From Amoebidium appalachense (taxonomy: Eukaryota; Protista; Ichthyosporea): 64,000 nucleotides of DNA. Made by a program: the position numbers and the translations under genes. The first letter of the stretch is position 1, and each line of letters opens with the position of its first letter. The stretch lies in contig CAVNZM010000016.1 in the NCBI GenBank assembly GCA_963693365.1, forward strand, positions 3,995,957 through 4,059,956, read 5' to 3'. A model generated the notes under the pieces. That model saw nothing but the letters and a program-made list of their open reading frames with translations. It was not told the DNA's origin and did not search any database. Below, one piece after another: positions 1 to 14,480 of the stretch.

Positions 1-45
1 TCCGTTTGTTCTTGTGTACTTCGTACTTTTTGACGCATTCAAAAC
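1..45 (+). mobile_element. 3' end of subfamily A retroposon in a PMT intron
   Basis: TCCGTTTGTTCTTGTGTACTTCGTACTTTTTGACGCATTCAAAA followed by poly-C; matches 24922-24965. Confidence 0.75.
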
Positions 46-293
46 CCCCCTCCCCCCCCCCCCCCCCCCCCTCTCTCTCTCTTCCCCCTCCCACCCAGCC
101 CCCCTCCCTCCCTCCCATTCCTTCCCCCCCTTCCCCCCCTCCCGCCTCTTTCTCTCTCCCTGCCTCCATCTCCACCTCCCCTCTTCAACCTTCCCCCCCC
201 ATCCCCCCCCCCCCCCACACACACACACACATCCCCACCCCACCCCCCCCCCTCTCCCACACTCCACCCTGCCATCTTTCTCGAATTTCACAG

Positions 294-488
294 GTAACGA
301 CATACTCGCACAAAGACAACAACAACCACTGGAGGGTGAAAAAGGCGGACAGAGAACCGAGCGCGTCAGACCCCATTGAATATGTGAGGCACGGGGATTT
401 GATCCGTTTGGAGCACGTCAACACGAGGAGGAATCTGCACAGTCATAACGAGAAGGCCCCTATCACGACAAAGCACAAGCAGGTACGT

Positions 489-529
<41 letters not shown>

Positions 530-941
530 GTTTTTTTTTTTGTTGGGGGGGGGGGGGGGAGAGAGGGGAGAGGGGGGAGGAGTTTGGGAGTGGGGGGAGG
601 GGGGTACGTGTGTGTGTGTCTGTGTGTGGGTTGGGGGGGGGGGGGGGGGGGGGAGGGGGACGGCAGGGAGGGGATGTGTGTGTGTGTGTGTATGGATGTG
701 TGTGTGTGCGTGTGTGTATGCGTGTGTCTGTGTGTCTGTGTGTGTGTGCGTGTGTTAGTGTCTGTGCCTCCTCCCCCCTCCCCCATCACCACCACCGCCA
801 CCACCAAACCCCACCTGCCCGCCCACCCATTCGCTTTCAACTTGTTCTGTTAGCTTGCTGCTCCCATATTCACCCCCCTGGTCAGCTCCGACCTCCCAAC
901 ATCTCGAAACCCCTCCACACACACACAAACACACACACACG

Positions 942-994
<53 letters not shown>

Positions 995-1036
995 TACCCA
1001 TCACCATCACCATCCATTGCCATGCCAATCTCTCTC

Positions 1037-1068
<32 letters not shown>

Positions 1069-1198
1069 AAACTCCTTCTGCCCCCTCCCCCCTCTCCACC
1101 ACCTCTCTTCCAATTCTCGCCCTTCCTCCTATGCCCCTCCGTCCTGCCACTTTTGCCATATGCTCTCACACTTACACACCTAACACGGGTACTCACAA

Positions 1199-1262
<64 letters not shown>

Positions 1263-2449
1263 ACACACACACGTGTGTGCCACGCTTACAAGAAGCGGAC
1301 AAAAAAAAAGAAAAAAAATCCCCAACCCCTTGTAAGTTGTTTCACACAACTTAGCATCGTGTTTTTTGTGTCGTGAATTCTTGAACTGTAGAGCTGGTTT
1401 AACACAGTGTTAACGCCCCCCCTCCCCCCTCCCCCTCCCCTCCCCCCTCCCCCCTTTCCCCTGCCTCCCCCCTCCGTCCCTTGTTCCCCCCCGTTTTTTT
1501 TTTTTTTTTTTTTTTTTTTTTCAGGTCACATGCTACGGTCAGGACGGGGTCGGGGACCAAAACGACGTCTGGGAGATTCTGCTGGACGGGTACGAGAAGA
1601 AGGAAGGCGTGGAACCGCCCAAAATCGAACTCTTGACATCAAAATTCCGATTAGTTCACAAGGAGGTTAAGTGCGCGCTAAGCAACCAAGGCGTAAACTT
1701 GCCTAAGTGGGGGTGGGAGCAAGGGGAGGTGACGTGTAACCCAGCCACGGATGAGAGTGGATCTCTGTGGAACATTGAGACGATTATGGACGATCGGTTG
1801 CCAAAATCGAGCGTGCAGGATCTGGCCCCTTCTTTCTGGTATAATCTGTTGGAGCTGCATGCTGCGATGGCGAACGTGAATAACAACCTGCTGCCAAAGG
1901 TGTGTGTATGGGTGTGTGTTTGCTTGTTTGTTTTTTTCTTTTTTGGGGGGGGGGGGGGGGGGAGGGGGGGGGGGGAAAGGGGGGGAGGGGGGGGGGGGGG
2001 GGGGGGAGGCGGGGAATGTAGTGGGTGGGTGGATTGTTGGGTGTGGGGAGCGTCTGGAAGGGTGGGGGAGGCGGGAAGGGGGGGAGGGGGAGCAGGGGCG
2101 GGTGGGTGGGCTTGGGTGTAAGTGGGTGGGTGAAGGGGGAAAGGGGGGGGGGAGGGGGAGGGGGGAGGGAGGAAGGGGAGAGGGTTGAGTGGGTGGGTGT
2201 GGATGGGGGAGGAGTAAGCAGTGTGTGTGACCGTGCTTGCGTGGGTGGGCCTCCTTGCTGGGTGGGATGTTGAGCGTCATGGTGGTGGTGGGGGGGGGGG
2301 GGGGGGGGGGGGGGGGGGAGGGGGGGGAGGGGGGGAGGGGGTGGGCAGCGGTGGGCAAAAAGAGAAGCAAGGAAATGGTTGGCACAGGTAGGGGGTCGTA
2401 GGCAGTCAGCCGTTGTGATTTGATGGTCGGATGGGAGAAAATTGGCCCC

Positions 2450-2486
<37 letters not shown>

Positions 2487-2816
2487 AAGAGAAGGTGGTG
2501 GTAACCGGCGAAATATGTGAGCAGCCTGGGTGGAGGGGGATGAGTTGGCTGAAATGGTTTGCCCGGGCTGAGGCTGGGAAGAGGGCAGGTCAATGCGAAG
2601 TGTTTGTGGGCTGGTGTCTGTATGTGACCGGCGCTGGGAGCCGAGGATACAAGAATGGGAAACTTTGGGAGATTATGGGCTTTATATAATCATATTGGTG
2701 GTTAGAAGGAGGAAGATGGGGGGAGGGGGGAGGGGAAGAGGGGGGGGGGGGGGGGGGATGATGGGAGATGATGGGGGAAGGAAATGGGGAAGTTTCGTAT
2801 GTGTTGTGACGGGAAA

Positions 2817-2849
<33 letters not shown>

Positions 2850-2925
2850 TGATGGGAGATGATGGGGGAAGGAAATGGGAAAGTTTCGTATGTGTTGTGA
2901 TGGGGAAAGGGGGGGGGGGGAGAGG

Positions 2926-2961
<36 letters not shown>

Positions 2962-3178
2962 TGAAGGGACCGAGAGGCATGGGATGTAAGGCGGAGAGAA
3001 TAAATCAGTCGAAAGACATGATGATTAGGGATTTTGAATGATGTTGGTGCTGGGAGCCCCGTGTGTGCGAATGTGTGTGGTGGAGTGGGGTAGGTTTGAT
3101 ATTTTGGTGGTAATGGTGCTGTGTTTGTTTTTGTTTTTTCTTCGCGCCGGAGGGGGGTGGGGGTGGGGGGGGGGTGAA

Positions 3179-3209
<31 letters not shown>

Positions 3210-3914
3210 CAGTAGCAGCAAGTTCCAACAGAGAAGAACGTCATGAGGGGAGTGTGTAATTAGATAGGATTGAATTGATCCGTTTTGATGTGGTTATTTT
3301 TTTTTTTTTTTTCCCCTCAACAGTCACTAATGTGTCCATAATTACAGGAAAACGAAGTGGTTTCCCGTCCCTGGCACTGGCCCATCCTCTACAAGGGCCA
3401 GCATTTCACCCCTTGGGGAGTAGACGACATCCGTATTTTCCTTATGGGAAATCCGGTTATTTGGTTCGGCAACCTGGTGTGCATGGCGCTTTTCCTTGTC
3501 GGATTCGTAATCAACGCTATCTTGCAGCAGCGCGGGTACGAATCCCCGTTTTTCAAGGCGCGCAGACATAAATTGCAGTCAAACGGAACTTGGATCGCGG
3601 CCGGGTTCCTAATCCACTACATTCCGTTTTTTTTCATGTCCCGTGTTTTGTATTTCCACCACTATTTCCCTGCGCACATTTTCGCGTGCATGCTTACGGC
3701 GATCGTTCTGGACGAGGTGTTTTACTGGATCTGGGTCGTTGCGTTCCGCTTCGGCATGACCCAATCAAAACGGCTGATTCACGTGCTGGCGTCGATGTGC
3801 GTGTTGATCTACGTTGGGTCTTTCATCTACTTCTCGCCTTGGAGCTATGGGATGACGGGGCCCAATAGCAAGTATGAGGGTATGAAGCTGTTGAGTACGT
3901 GGGACTTTGTGTGA
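294..3914 (+). CDS. Dolichyl-phosphate-mannose:protein O-mannosyltransferase (PMT2/POMT2-like), 3' portion; exons 294-482, 1525-1899, 3348-3914 (5' exons lie before the window)
   Basis: Phase-0 AG/GT boundaries join in frame. MIR-domain motifs are present ([55 protein letters not shown]), as are C-terminal PMT motifs ([45 protein letters not shown]). Stop TGA at 3912-3914. Confidence 0.92.
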
Positions 3915-5176
3915 GTGCACTGAATGCATGTACGTGTATGCACACAGGCACGTGGTGTGTACGTGTGTATACGTGTGTGCACGTGTGTGTTTGTGTACGG
4001 TGGAGGTACCAAGTCGGCGAGAAGGAGTGGGTCGTGTTTAGTGAACAGATGAAGACTGTAGCAGCAGTGCTTTTCGCGACAAATGTTGGTGAATAGGGGG
4101 TTATGTCATTGATTTTATTATTTTGTTTATTTTTTTCTTACTGGGTGATCATCACAGTACCAGAAGCATGTAGTAGATTTTGTAGCATATTTTGCAGCAG
4201 AATGCGGCGTGATACTATGTGCTTTTGTAGTTCTTCATCTCTCGTTTTCGTGCACGTTATTGACGTTGTAGCCTAAGGGCTAAATTAAGGTACTCCATAT
4301 GATATGTATTAAATTAAGGTACTCCATACGATATGTATATGTCATATACCATTCACACACGAGGGAAACGGACTCACAGACACTTTCTTTCACATTTTGG
4401 TAACACAAAACACTTACACGTGGACGTTTATGCCTTTTGTCGTTTAAAAAAGCTTTACTGAACAAACGTAAATACACCTTCATGTCGGACTCCTCACGGT
4501 GACGGTGGCTGACATCACGTGATTGGATATGAAACTGAGTCAGTCTGTGAGCGATTGCAAGGGGAATATCCTGCTGCTGGTCATAATCGGATCATGATGC
4601 GACTTGAAACGCAAACCCCACCTTCCCCCTCCCCTCCTCCCCCCCGGGCTCCCCCCTCACCACACACACACAGACATATACACAGGCACAGGCACAGGCA
4701 CATGCACACAAATGCGCACACACGCTTATACAGTCATATCACACAGTCTCACACACTAACAGCTCGCTCACACACACAATCATCACCACCAGCACCACCA
4801 CCTTTATTAATATTGAGCGTGTTATCTATAAAAAAAAATGCCTATGGTTGATAAGTACTGATAATATTCACAACCCTTGACCGGGTAAAGTCCCCCCTCC
4901 CCCCCCACCCAGCGTGCACCCCCCCCTTCCTCCATTCCTCCCCACCCTATCTCTCAAGGAAAGGCCCTGGGAGAGAGAGGACCGACAATGAAAGAGCCTG
5001 AGAGGCGAAAGAGAGAGAGAGAGAGAGATCTAGAGAGAGAAGAGAGGGAGACAGCGAAGGGGGCTGGGGGGGGGGGGAGGGGGGGGGGTGAGAGAAGTTT
5101 TGGGTGGGGGGGGGGGGGGGGGGGGGGGGAAGAGAGTCTTACAGAGTGAAGTTCGTCAGAAAGAGAGATACATTTC

Positions 5177-5250
<74 letters not shown>

Positions 5251-5516
5251 TATATAAGGCCTGGTCGTTGGTACGTGACCGTCCAGTGTATCATAGTGAG
5301 CCGGGGTAGGTAAAGTGCCGGATCAATTTTGTCCATGAACTCCCGAGGTTTTGGTGCGTGAAAAGCCAATCGATGAAAAGGCTCGAGGGCGGGAGGGAGT
5401 TGCCTTCATGATCACGTTGACGTGCTTGAGACTCAAAATTTGTCCTCAATTCCTAAACACAGTTATGCTATAATCTTAGCGATCGTTTGAGGTGCTAGGC
5501 ACCTGTCCCTTGCAAC

Positions 5517-8152
5517 ATGGAGACCAAAACATTCCTAATAACCGACTTGCCTTTTGACATGTTGGTTCACGTCGTTTCCTTTCTATTCTCCAACAAAGAC
5601 CGCCTCAACCTATCGTTAGCATGTCGTTCCCTTTGTCTCGCCTCACGCTCGTGTACGGCAAGGCCGCTCATCCTATACGCAACGGTTGATCTTCCCACAC
5701 CCACGCGCCTGCTTGAATTATTTGCACCAAAACAAGACCTTGACCAAGCTAGCATCATCGACCCCATCCATGGCGGAGATTTGGCGGAGGTTTTCCAACG
5801 CAGCGTCCCCTCAGATAACATCATTTCGGCCCTCAACCCGTGCGTCTCCGCGCTTTCACTCAAGATATCGATGGAGGATCATTACCGTGGAATAGGCACG
5901 GAAGGGCACGTGGACCACACAGACCAATTATGCCTCAACGGTGCACGTGAACAGGCGACGTTGCTGCTATCCGAGATAAAATCATTTTTTGGAAAGTTCA
6001 CGCACATAAAGCACATAAAGATTGACGCTGGGGAACTGAAGTGGGTGGAAAGTAGCATTGCAGAGAGGGCTTTCCTTCATTTCCTTTTTTCACAGGTCCC
6101 GGATTCAATTCCAAATAGTGTGCCTTCGGTTTGGTTTGGAGTAGCGCAAGACTACCATTCTGCAGACGCAATGAATGCGTTTCTGGAAATGTGGCCTGCC
6201 CTGCGCTCGCTCACACTTGTTGGCGATGTTTGGAATGACGAGACGCAACCCATTGTGCCCAGGGCATTCACGGTACAAGCCACGCAGCTTACGGAGCTAG
6301 TCATCGAAGCAACCATGCGTCTTCTGGACACAGACACGCTCGCCCAGCTGGTCAATCTGCGTCGCCTGGTGGTGGGTGTAGACAGAGATACGCTATGCTT
6401 GGCGGCCCTGCGTGCTACCACAAAACTCGAAGTGTTGCATGTTTTTTCCGACCAGGCGATGGACGGCGGTCGTACGGAAATCTCACTGGCTCCGCTGGCC
6501 TGCTGCCCCTTCGTTCGAGAGCTACAGATTTCGACCCCGAACTTTCCAGATGACGAAGTAAACGTTATTTTGCGTAACGATTGCCCAGTGGAGGCAGTAA
6601 GGCGTATGAAGGGTCTTACCATACAAGGTGTCATAGTTGAGGACCTTGGTTTCCTCTCACAGTGCACCTCAGCTACTGCGCTAGAGTTCAATGGTAGTTG
6701 CCTGAATCCCTACTATGTGCCGGTTCTACAGAGCCCGAAGCTGAAACGTTTCACGTGTCGAACGAGTCCGGAAATTGAAGACGGCCGTTTCGCACCAAAT
6801 TTTTTACAACATTGCACAGAGCTAGAGTGCATCCAGCTTACATCTGTATGTGTGGATGGGGCTGTCGGCATTGCGGCGGCAGGCACAGAACAAGCACCAT
6901 GGGCACCGAATCTGCGGTAAGTTTTTACTCCTCTTCCACTACAAATAGTATCTCTTCTGCCTGTTTGTAGAACATTTTGTATGCGTGTATTCATGTTTGT
7001 ATGAGCACCCGCAAGACAAGACACTCGAAACAGGACCAAGATAAATAATCTCTTGCACGTGGGCGACTTGGGTAGGTAAGGCGGGGGAGGGGGGGGGGGG
7101 GAGGGGGAGGGGGGAGGGGGGGGGGGGAAGGGGGATTGTTGCTACCCGCCATGTTTACTTTTTCTTGGTGACAGCCTTTTTTTGTTCACATAGTCACTTA
7201 AGCCCCACATGCTTTTTGGTCATGAGGAGTGTGCAAGCAATACTCAAAAGGCGGAAATCCAAAGCGAAAATTAATCGATATCATCACCGTATTACCACAT
7301 TTTGACAGCTACACGGCCCTCACGCTGTTGCTTGGTGCAGGGAGATTTGTTTTCGACATTGTGAAATCGGCAACATCGAGGCTCTTCGTCACTGCACCAC
7401 GCTCACTTCCTTCGCCCTAGACAACACGGATTTCTGGGGGGAATTCGAAGTAGACCTCTTGCCCCTCAGAACGTGCACGAACATCATTAAGTTGAAAGTG
7501 CATCAACGTGGGTACACTCCACTCGTGTTCTCCTCGTGGCCGCATCTGCAGGTGTTATCGCTACAAACGTGTTCCATCGTCGACATGGGGTCCATTGCAG
7601 AGCGCAGCGAACTCACCCATCTCATCCTGTCATCCCCGGACTGTCAAGATCTAACCCCGCTAGCGTTTCACCCGCGCTTATCCCGAGTGGACATCAAGCA
7701 CGATGGGAGGGCACCGGAGGCTGGCGAGTGTGTGTGCCGGTTGCATCCGCTGGCGCTATGCCCGAAACTCAATCCATGTGGCAGATACAGATCTACTGTC
7801 GAGGAGAACTTGCTTGATCGATGGACGATTGAGGTAATCTACAAATGCAGAATCCCCCCGTTTCCCCTCCCTTCCCCTCCTGCTCTCATCCCGGCCTCCT
7901 TCCTACGGATTGGATCCGCTAAAAATGGTGCATACTCTTTGTGTGTGTCCCTGCAACATCTGCAATGTGTTGTCCGTCGTCAATGTGCACTCCTATATCT
8001 GCCACACTTCCTTCCATCCCCCCCCCTCCCCCTTCCCAAACAGGAGGGGAATGCTGACTACGAAGTGATATTTGGGTCGACAAGGAAAAGGAGGGTGGCT
8101 TGAGGGAAATTGAATGGAGAATAGAGGAGATCGGATGGTTGGTGCTGGCTGC

Positions 8153-8191
<39 letters not shown>

Positions 8192-8229
8192 TTTGTGTGG
8201 GTGGGTGGGTGGGTGGGTGGGTGGTGGGG

Positions 8230-8261
<32 letters not shown>

Positions 8262-8450
8262 ATGGAGAGAAAAGGGGGCGAGACCCGTGATGCAAATGCA
8301 CTATAGACTTTCGGAGTTGTACTAATCACAATATGTCTTTCTAGCTGTTCTGTAATCATATACAAGGGTATCCATCAAAGTAGTGGGTCTACCACACAAA
8401 CACAGGTGCACGCGCGCGCACACACAACACACTCACGCACGGACACACAA

Positions 8451-8497
<47 letters not shown>

Positions 8498-9306
8498 CCA
8501 TACACACGGACACACACACACGCACGCACACACACACACAAACACCATACACACGGACACACACACGCGCACACGGATACACACACGCAAGCACGCACAC
8601 ACATACATGCATGCACATTCATACCCGGCACCCACCTGTACAAACACATTTATATGAATGCAAGCGCACCCGTGTGCACGCACACAGGTGCACACACCCA
8701 CGTACACACACACACACACACGCACACACACAGCGAGGCAGAGCCGCCCCCCCGCCAAACACCGTGCTCCTGACCCTTCTCGACCAGTGGACCTCACCCG
8801 TTCCACCCCGTTCCACCCCTTTTGGTACGATAAACTTGACAGAGTGTGTATTCACACGTGACGCTAACCCATCACCCCCGTTTGAGTGGGAGAACGTAGG
8901 CCTTGAGGCTTTAGTGTGGAGGTGCATACCCGACTCCTCCCCCTTACCGCCACAGCCCATACCCCCATCGCATGAGTTACATTCGGCATCGAAAGAAGGA
9001 ATCCGTAAGGTGGAATGGATCGAAAGGATCGGTAGGGAATCGGGTAGGGAGTGGGTGGTGTGGCTGCCAAAACTGCAAAAAGCGGGCAACTGGGTGCCTT
9101 GGGCGGAGTTGGTGTATTTGCACTCCTCCGACGGCACGTTCCGACTGGTGCGATTCAAGGCAGATTACACCAAAGATGTACCACGTGTAAGCCCAAACAG
9201 CCCGTAGGTTAACCCCGCCCCCTCCTCCCCCCCCTCCCCCCCCCCCCCCCCCCCCGGCCTTCCCCCCCCTATCCTCTCTCTTCTCTCTCTCACACACACT
9301 CTCTCT

Positions 9307-9358
<52 letters not shown>

Positions 9359-9384
9359 TCTCTCTCTCTCTCTCTCTCTCGCTG

Positions 9385-9483
<99 letters not shown>

Positions 9484-10271
9484 TGCCTCCTTACTCCTTC
9501 CCCTCCCTACCTGTCTGCCCCATTGTCTTCACTTCCATTCCGGTTCGTACTGCCGCTGAAGAGGGGAACAAGGCAGCACGCCAACAATAACCTTCAAAGT
9601 GTATGGTACCTCCAAAGTGTATGGTACCTCTAAAGTGTATGGTACCTCTAAAGTGTATGGTACCTCCAAAGTGTATGGTACCTCTGAAGTGTATGGTTGG
9701 GGCGATGCTAAGGCGAACAACAAAGATGATAACCTCGAAAGTATATACGGTTGATGGCAAGATTGAAAGCAAACAAAGAGGGTGACTACCTCTAAAGTGT
9801 ATGGTTGCAGGTAAGACTAAACTAAACAGCTGGGATGATGCATAGGGGGTAGGGAATGGAGGGGGGGGGGGGGGGGGGGAGTAGGGGCTGGTTTTGTGTG
9901 GGTGTGGGTGGGGGGGGGGGGGGGGGGGGGAGGGGAGTAAGGGGGTAGTAGAGATTCATGTGCTTAGCCGTAGTTTGTAACACTTTCTTGGTCGGACTGT
10001 GACTAACGATTATTAAACGAGTTCCCCCCCCCCTCCCCCCTCTCCTCTTGCGGTCCGCGCGCGCGTGCGCGCGCACACACAACTTGAACACACACACACA
10101 CACACACACGCGCGCACGCGCGCGCACTCAGCTATGGGCAGTTTCTTCTCCGTGTACAGTCGCTAGCACGTGCCCTTGAGCACCGCTACATCAACGCCCG
10201 CATTGCCTGCCCCCCCACATGTCTCCTCGCTGGAAACCCAGGACACATCTGCATCCCTGGTACTACTCCGA

Positions 10272-10306
<35 letters not shown>

Positions 10307-10390
10307 CATACACACACAAGCGCTCCGACACACACACACACACATGCACGTGCCCACGTTAATACACGCTGGCACGCGTACACATGCACG

Positions 10391-10429
<39 letters not shown>

Positions 10430-10827
10430 CACAGACACCGGGTTCTTTGCTTGCTCCTACAGGGCATTTGTTCATTCCCTGTTTGCCACCCCCCTCGTCA
10501 CCACCCCCCGCCCCCTCCCCCTCCCCTCCACCCCCTCCCCCAATGTTCATATAAAGTTCTGGAGATGTGGTGTATACATTAAGTGTGTCTGAATAATAGC
10601 TAGCTTTTGACATTTGCCTTAGTACCTTCTAACTTACAATACACACACTTTGTCTTTTTTGTAGACTTTATGACTGAACAGACACGTGGGGATGGGGGAT
10701 ATCGATCAGATGACCAAGACAACTCACTGTGTGCACAGAGATGGATGATGGAGGGGAGGAACTGCCACCTGCTGACATGGGTCACATGGCCTGGATCATT
10801 GGTATGTGCTCCATATCATCCTACATT

Positions 10828-10878
<51 letters not shown>

Positions 10879-11067
10879 ACACACCAACCCCCATCCGCCC
10901 AACCACTGAACCCCCCCGCCCCCCTCCCCCCCACAAAAAAAAAAAAAGAAAAGAAAAGAAAGAGTAAAGCTCACCCTCACCCCCACCCCCACCAACGACA
11001 CCAACACCACCACCGTTGCCGCCTCCGCCCATTTGTTTTCTCCGGGAGTTCCCTTAGAGTTGCCTCC

Positions 11068-11102
<35 letters not shown>

Positions 11103-11322
11103 GGTCTGTCTCATTATCGCCCCCACGAAGTGGAGCAGGAACAAAGAGGGATTGGGCGTGTTTGTGTCTTTTGCGCAGTATAGGTGTGTATACATGCCTG
11201 TGTGCACGCGTGCCCGTGTGCCCCTGCTGTCCCTCTGTGTGTGTTTGGTACTTGAGTGTGTGCGCATGTGGGGTATGGGCAGTTGCTTGTTGAGGGGGTT
11301 ACGAGAACACACATGTGCGAAA

Positions 11323-11356
<34 letters not shown>

Positions 11357-12156
11357 TTTCCTACTGCCGGTCTCTGTGTTCCATTTTTCACGGTGTCTGT
11401 TATCTCGCGGCATGCAGACCATCGATCTGGCCGCCCCTAGACAACACCCCAGATCAGCATTGAGTCCCTCTGTCTGCAAGAATTTCTTCTCCGGCCCGAG
11501 TTGCGGTTCGCCGTGGCCCGAGCTCTCGACGTGTCGCGCCGCCCGGCCAGCGTGTGCCTATGACGTCATCCGCCGGCGTGCTCCGGGGGTTTCATTCCGC
11601 CCAGACCAGCAGGGACGACGATTCGGGCCGAAGGCTACGGTTCGGGTCAGCTCTCCCGGGATAGGGTCTCCCCCAAGGCTTCAAGTCTATGTTTGTGCCG
11701 TGGATCTGTGCTGTGACTGCACTGAGTGTGGCAAAAAGAGAACCTCTAGGATATCGTGCAAAATTCCCAGTATAGACCCCAGTCCAGATACGTCTGCTTG
11801 CATGTATGCAATATTCTTTGTGCGGCACTGGTGGCCGATAGATCCCTGGCTTCATTGAGGGCATAGAGAAAACGTTAACCCCATATGCGAGGCTGCGCCT
11901 CGCTGGGCAAACGTGATAAAATAAAAAATAAATAAAATAAAAAATAAAAAATAAAATAAAAATGGTATCTCGCAGGGATAATCATGTGTATTTTCGTATT
12001 TGGCAGCCTGTAACACAATTAACCCCTTCCCCCTCCCCCCTCCCCCCTCCCCTTCCCCCCTCCCCCCTTCTTCAGGCTAGTCTGCCAGAGCGCTGCTGGC
12101 CACCCGGGATGAGTCTGTTTGAAAGTGTGACACTGTGGATTGGAGGTGTGCGGTAG
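5517..12156 (+). CDS. F-box / leucine-rich-repeat-like protein, copy 1; exons 5517-6916, 7341-7833, probable 8788-9186, possible small exon near 10666-10801, last exon 12076-12156
   Basis: N-terminus LITDLPFDMLVHVVSFLFSNKDRLNLSLACR resembles an F-box, followed by LRR-like segments (LAQLVNLRRL, LSQCTSATALE, LRHCTTLTSF). Donor cg|gtaagt at 6916 joins acceptor tgcag|ggag at 7341 in frame (REICFRHCEIGNI). Exons 1, 2 and the last exon are conserved in the paralogue. Middle exons are uncertain. Confidence 0.75.
9595..9697. repeat. 18-bp minisatellite (AAAGTGTATGGTACCTCY) x5-6, extra unit near 9787-9806
   Basis: Direct reading of tandem units. Confidence 0.9.
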
Positions 12157-12604
12157 TATGAATAATGTGGAAAAAGGTGCCATGAATGCCGATTAAGTAT
12201 ATGTATATGTATAGAGAAATACCTTACAATCCCTGGGGATGAGTCTGAAGATTATTAATGTGTGGACGGAGAGGCACCGGGGAGAGAGGGGGGGGGGGGG
12301 GGGGATGTACATGTTTGTTTTGCCGCTCGTGCTCTGTCTGTTTTGTGCTTTATCATACGTAGCAGAACAGATTATCACATCTATATGATCATGATTGTCT
12401 TTTGTTGCTTTTGCGTTCCACCCCTTCCCCCTATCCCCCCCACCCACCTCCAATTATATGTTGCAAGTTGCTTCGAATTGCGGCAGTCAACAGCATGCAC
12501 AGCTTTCATTGTTAACATTGCCCCTTCAAGTCGTCCTTGTGGTGGTTGTGGTGGTGGTGGATGTGGTGGTGGTGGTGGTGGGGGGGCGGGGAGGGGGGGG
12601 GGGC

Positions 12605-12935
12605 GGGATTGCACATCTATTCCTTGCAAAACGCGGCAGTCGATAGCACGTGCATGTATTGTACATAATTGTGCGGGGTAAAGCTTTGGGGATATCACAC
12701 AACACTACAAGCGATGTTTTATAGAAGAGGCCATGGAATGAATCTGGCTTGTAAAGCGTACTGCACCGGGGGGGGGGGGGGGGGGGGGGGGTTTGCACAG
12801 CTATTCAATGCAAAACACGGCAGTCGATAACATGTGCACGTATATACTGTGCATAATTGTGCAGGGTAATAAGGCTTTGGGGATATCATATAAAGCACTA
12901 CGGGCAGTTTTTTATAGAAGTGACCATGGAATGTC
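12605..12935. repeat. Diverged ~135-bp tandem duplication
   Basis: GCAAAAC(G/A)CGGCAGTCGATA...GCTTTGGGGATATCA...CCATGGAATG at 12626-12740 and 12810-12932. Confidence 0.75.
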
Positions 12936-13376
12936 TCTCATTCATCATTGCACGCTCAGGATGCATGTGGGACACATATTATGGATCGTATCGTACGTTG
13001 TTCCTGAATCATTACGATTTGACGTAATAATGGACACACGAATGCTCTTTCACCCATGGGTCGCTCAAACTTTCGCCAAACTATTCGTGTCATATGACTC
13101 ACTCTTGCCGTGTTCTCACTTCGCATGTGACTGGTCTCACATATGCATCGAATAAACTTTCCATTTTAAGCATCCGATCCCGCGACCCCCCAAACCCCCG
13201 TCTCTCTAGATTATACTGGATAGAGATCTATGGATAGGAGAGGTACGGTCAATTCCCCCCCCCCCCCCCCCCCCCCCCTCCTCCCAATCACCCGACCCCT
13301 CCCTCCCAAAGTTATGATCTCCGATTGAATCCGAGGAGGAAGTTGAGTATGGCATGGAGAAGAAGAAAATTAGGGG

Positions 13377-13418
<42 letters not shown>

Positions 13419-13559
13419 AGCAACAAGTGGTTGAGAGTTCCCGGGGGGCACTGAGATCTGATCTGCTGTGGATACATATCTGAAGCTATGATGTACCGTC
13501 ATGAACTCCCGAGATTTTGATGCGTGTGTAGCCAATAACTGAAAAGAATAACTGCTTAC

Positions 13560-13760
13560 TGTAACAACGTAATGAACGGGATGGCCTCGACACCGGGGAC
13601 ACGAGTTTGGTTTGTGTTTGTGTGAAGGAAAAAACTGAAGAGCTCCTGGCTCCGGCCCCCCCTTTTATACTGCCGTCTTTATTGTGACGGGGGGGCTCTA
13701 CGTTTCGTGGGGGTTCTTCACATATAGAGTTGCTAGGGGTGGTCGGTATTCTATGTCACA
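13560..13760 (-). repeat. 3' LTR of Gypsy-like element
   Basis: 201-bp direct repeat of 18966-19166; minus strand contains AATAAA and TATAAAA. Confidence 0.92.
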
Positions 13761-14057
13761 TGGCTAACCAGCGAGAGAAGGATAGTGTGCGTCCTCGCAC
13801 ATGAGGCTAAGGCATGGCTGTATAGTGTGGGTGCGTGCAGCAAGTTGACGTAAGGGTGTGGAGAGCGGGCGTTAGGTGTATTTGCTAGGGGCTGGGTAAA
13901 CCTCCAAACCATACCCCTGACCGCACGTAGGTGGGCTGCAGTGCCTCTGAGGATGTCCTCACGTGGGTACAAAGAAAAGCAGCACAAGCGGATGCAAGCG
14001 AGCAGGACAATACGCAAAATTATAAATAAATAAATAAAAAATATTTAAAAAAAGGTG

Positions 14058-14088
<31 letters not shown>

Positions 14089-14121
14089 TATGCGTGCGTG
14101 GCAGTCTGCGCGCGTGTGTGT

Positions 14122-14180
<59 letters not shown>

Positions 14181-14245
14181 TTTTTTTATTATTATTTTTT
14201 TTATTATTATTTTTATATATATATATATTGTGTGTGTGTGTGGGT

Positions 14246-14276
<31 letters not shown>

Positions 14277-14412
14277 TTTTTTATTTTTTTATTTTTATTA
14301 TATATATATATATATATATATTTGTGTGTGTGTCTGTGTGTGTGTGTGTGTGTGCGCGCGCGTGCGTGGCAGTCTGTGTGTGTGTTTGTGTGGGGGGGGG
14401 GGGGGTGGGGGG

Positions 14413-14480
<68 letters not shown>

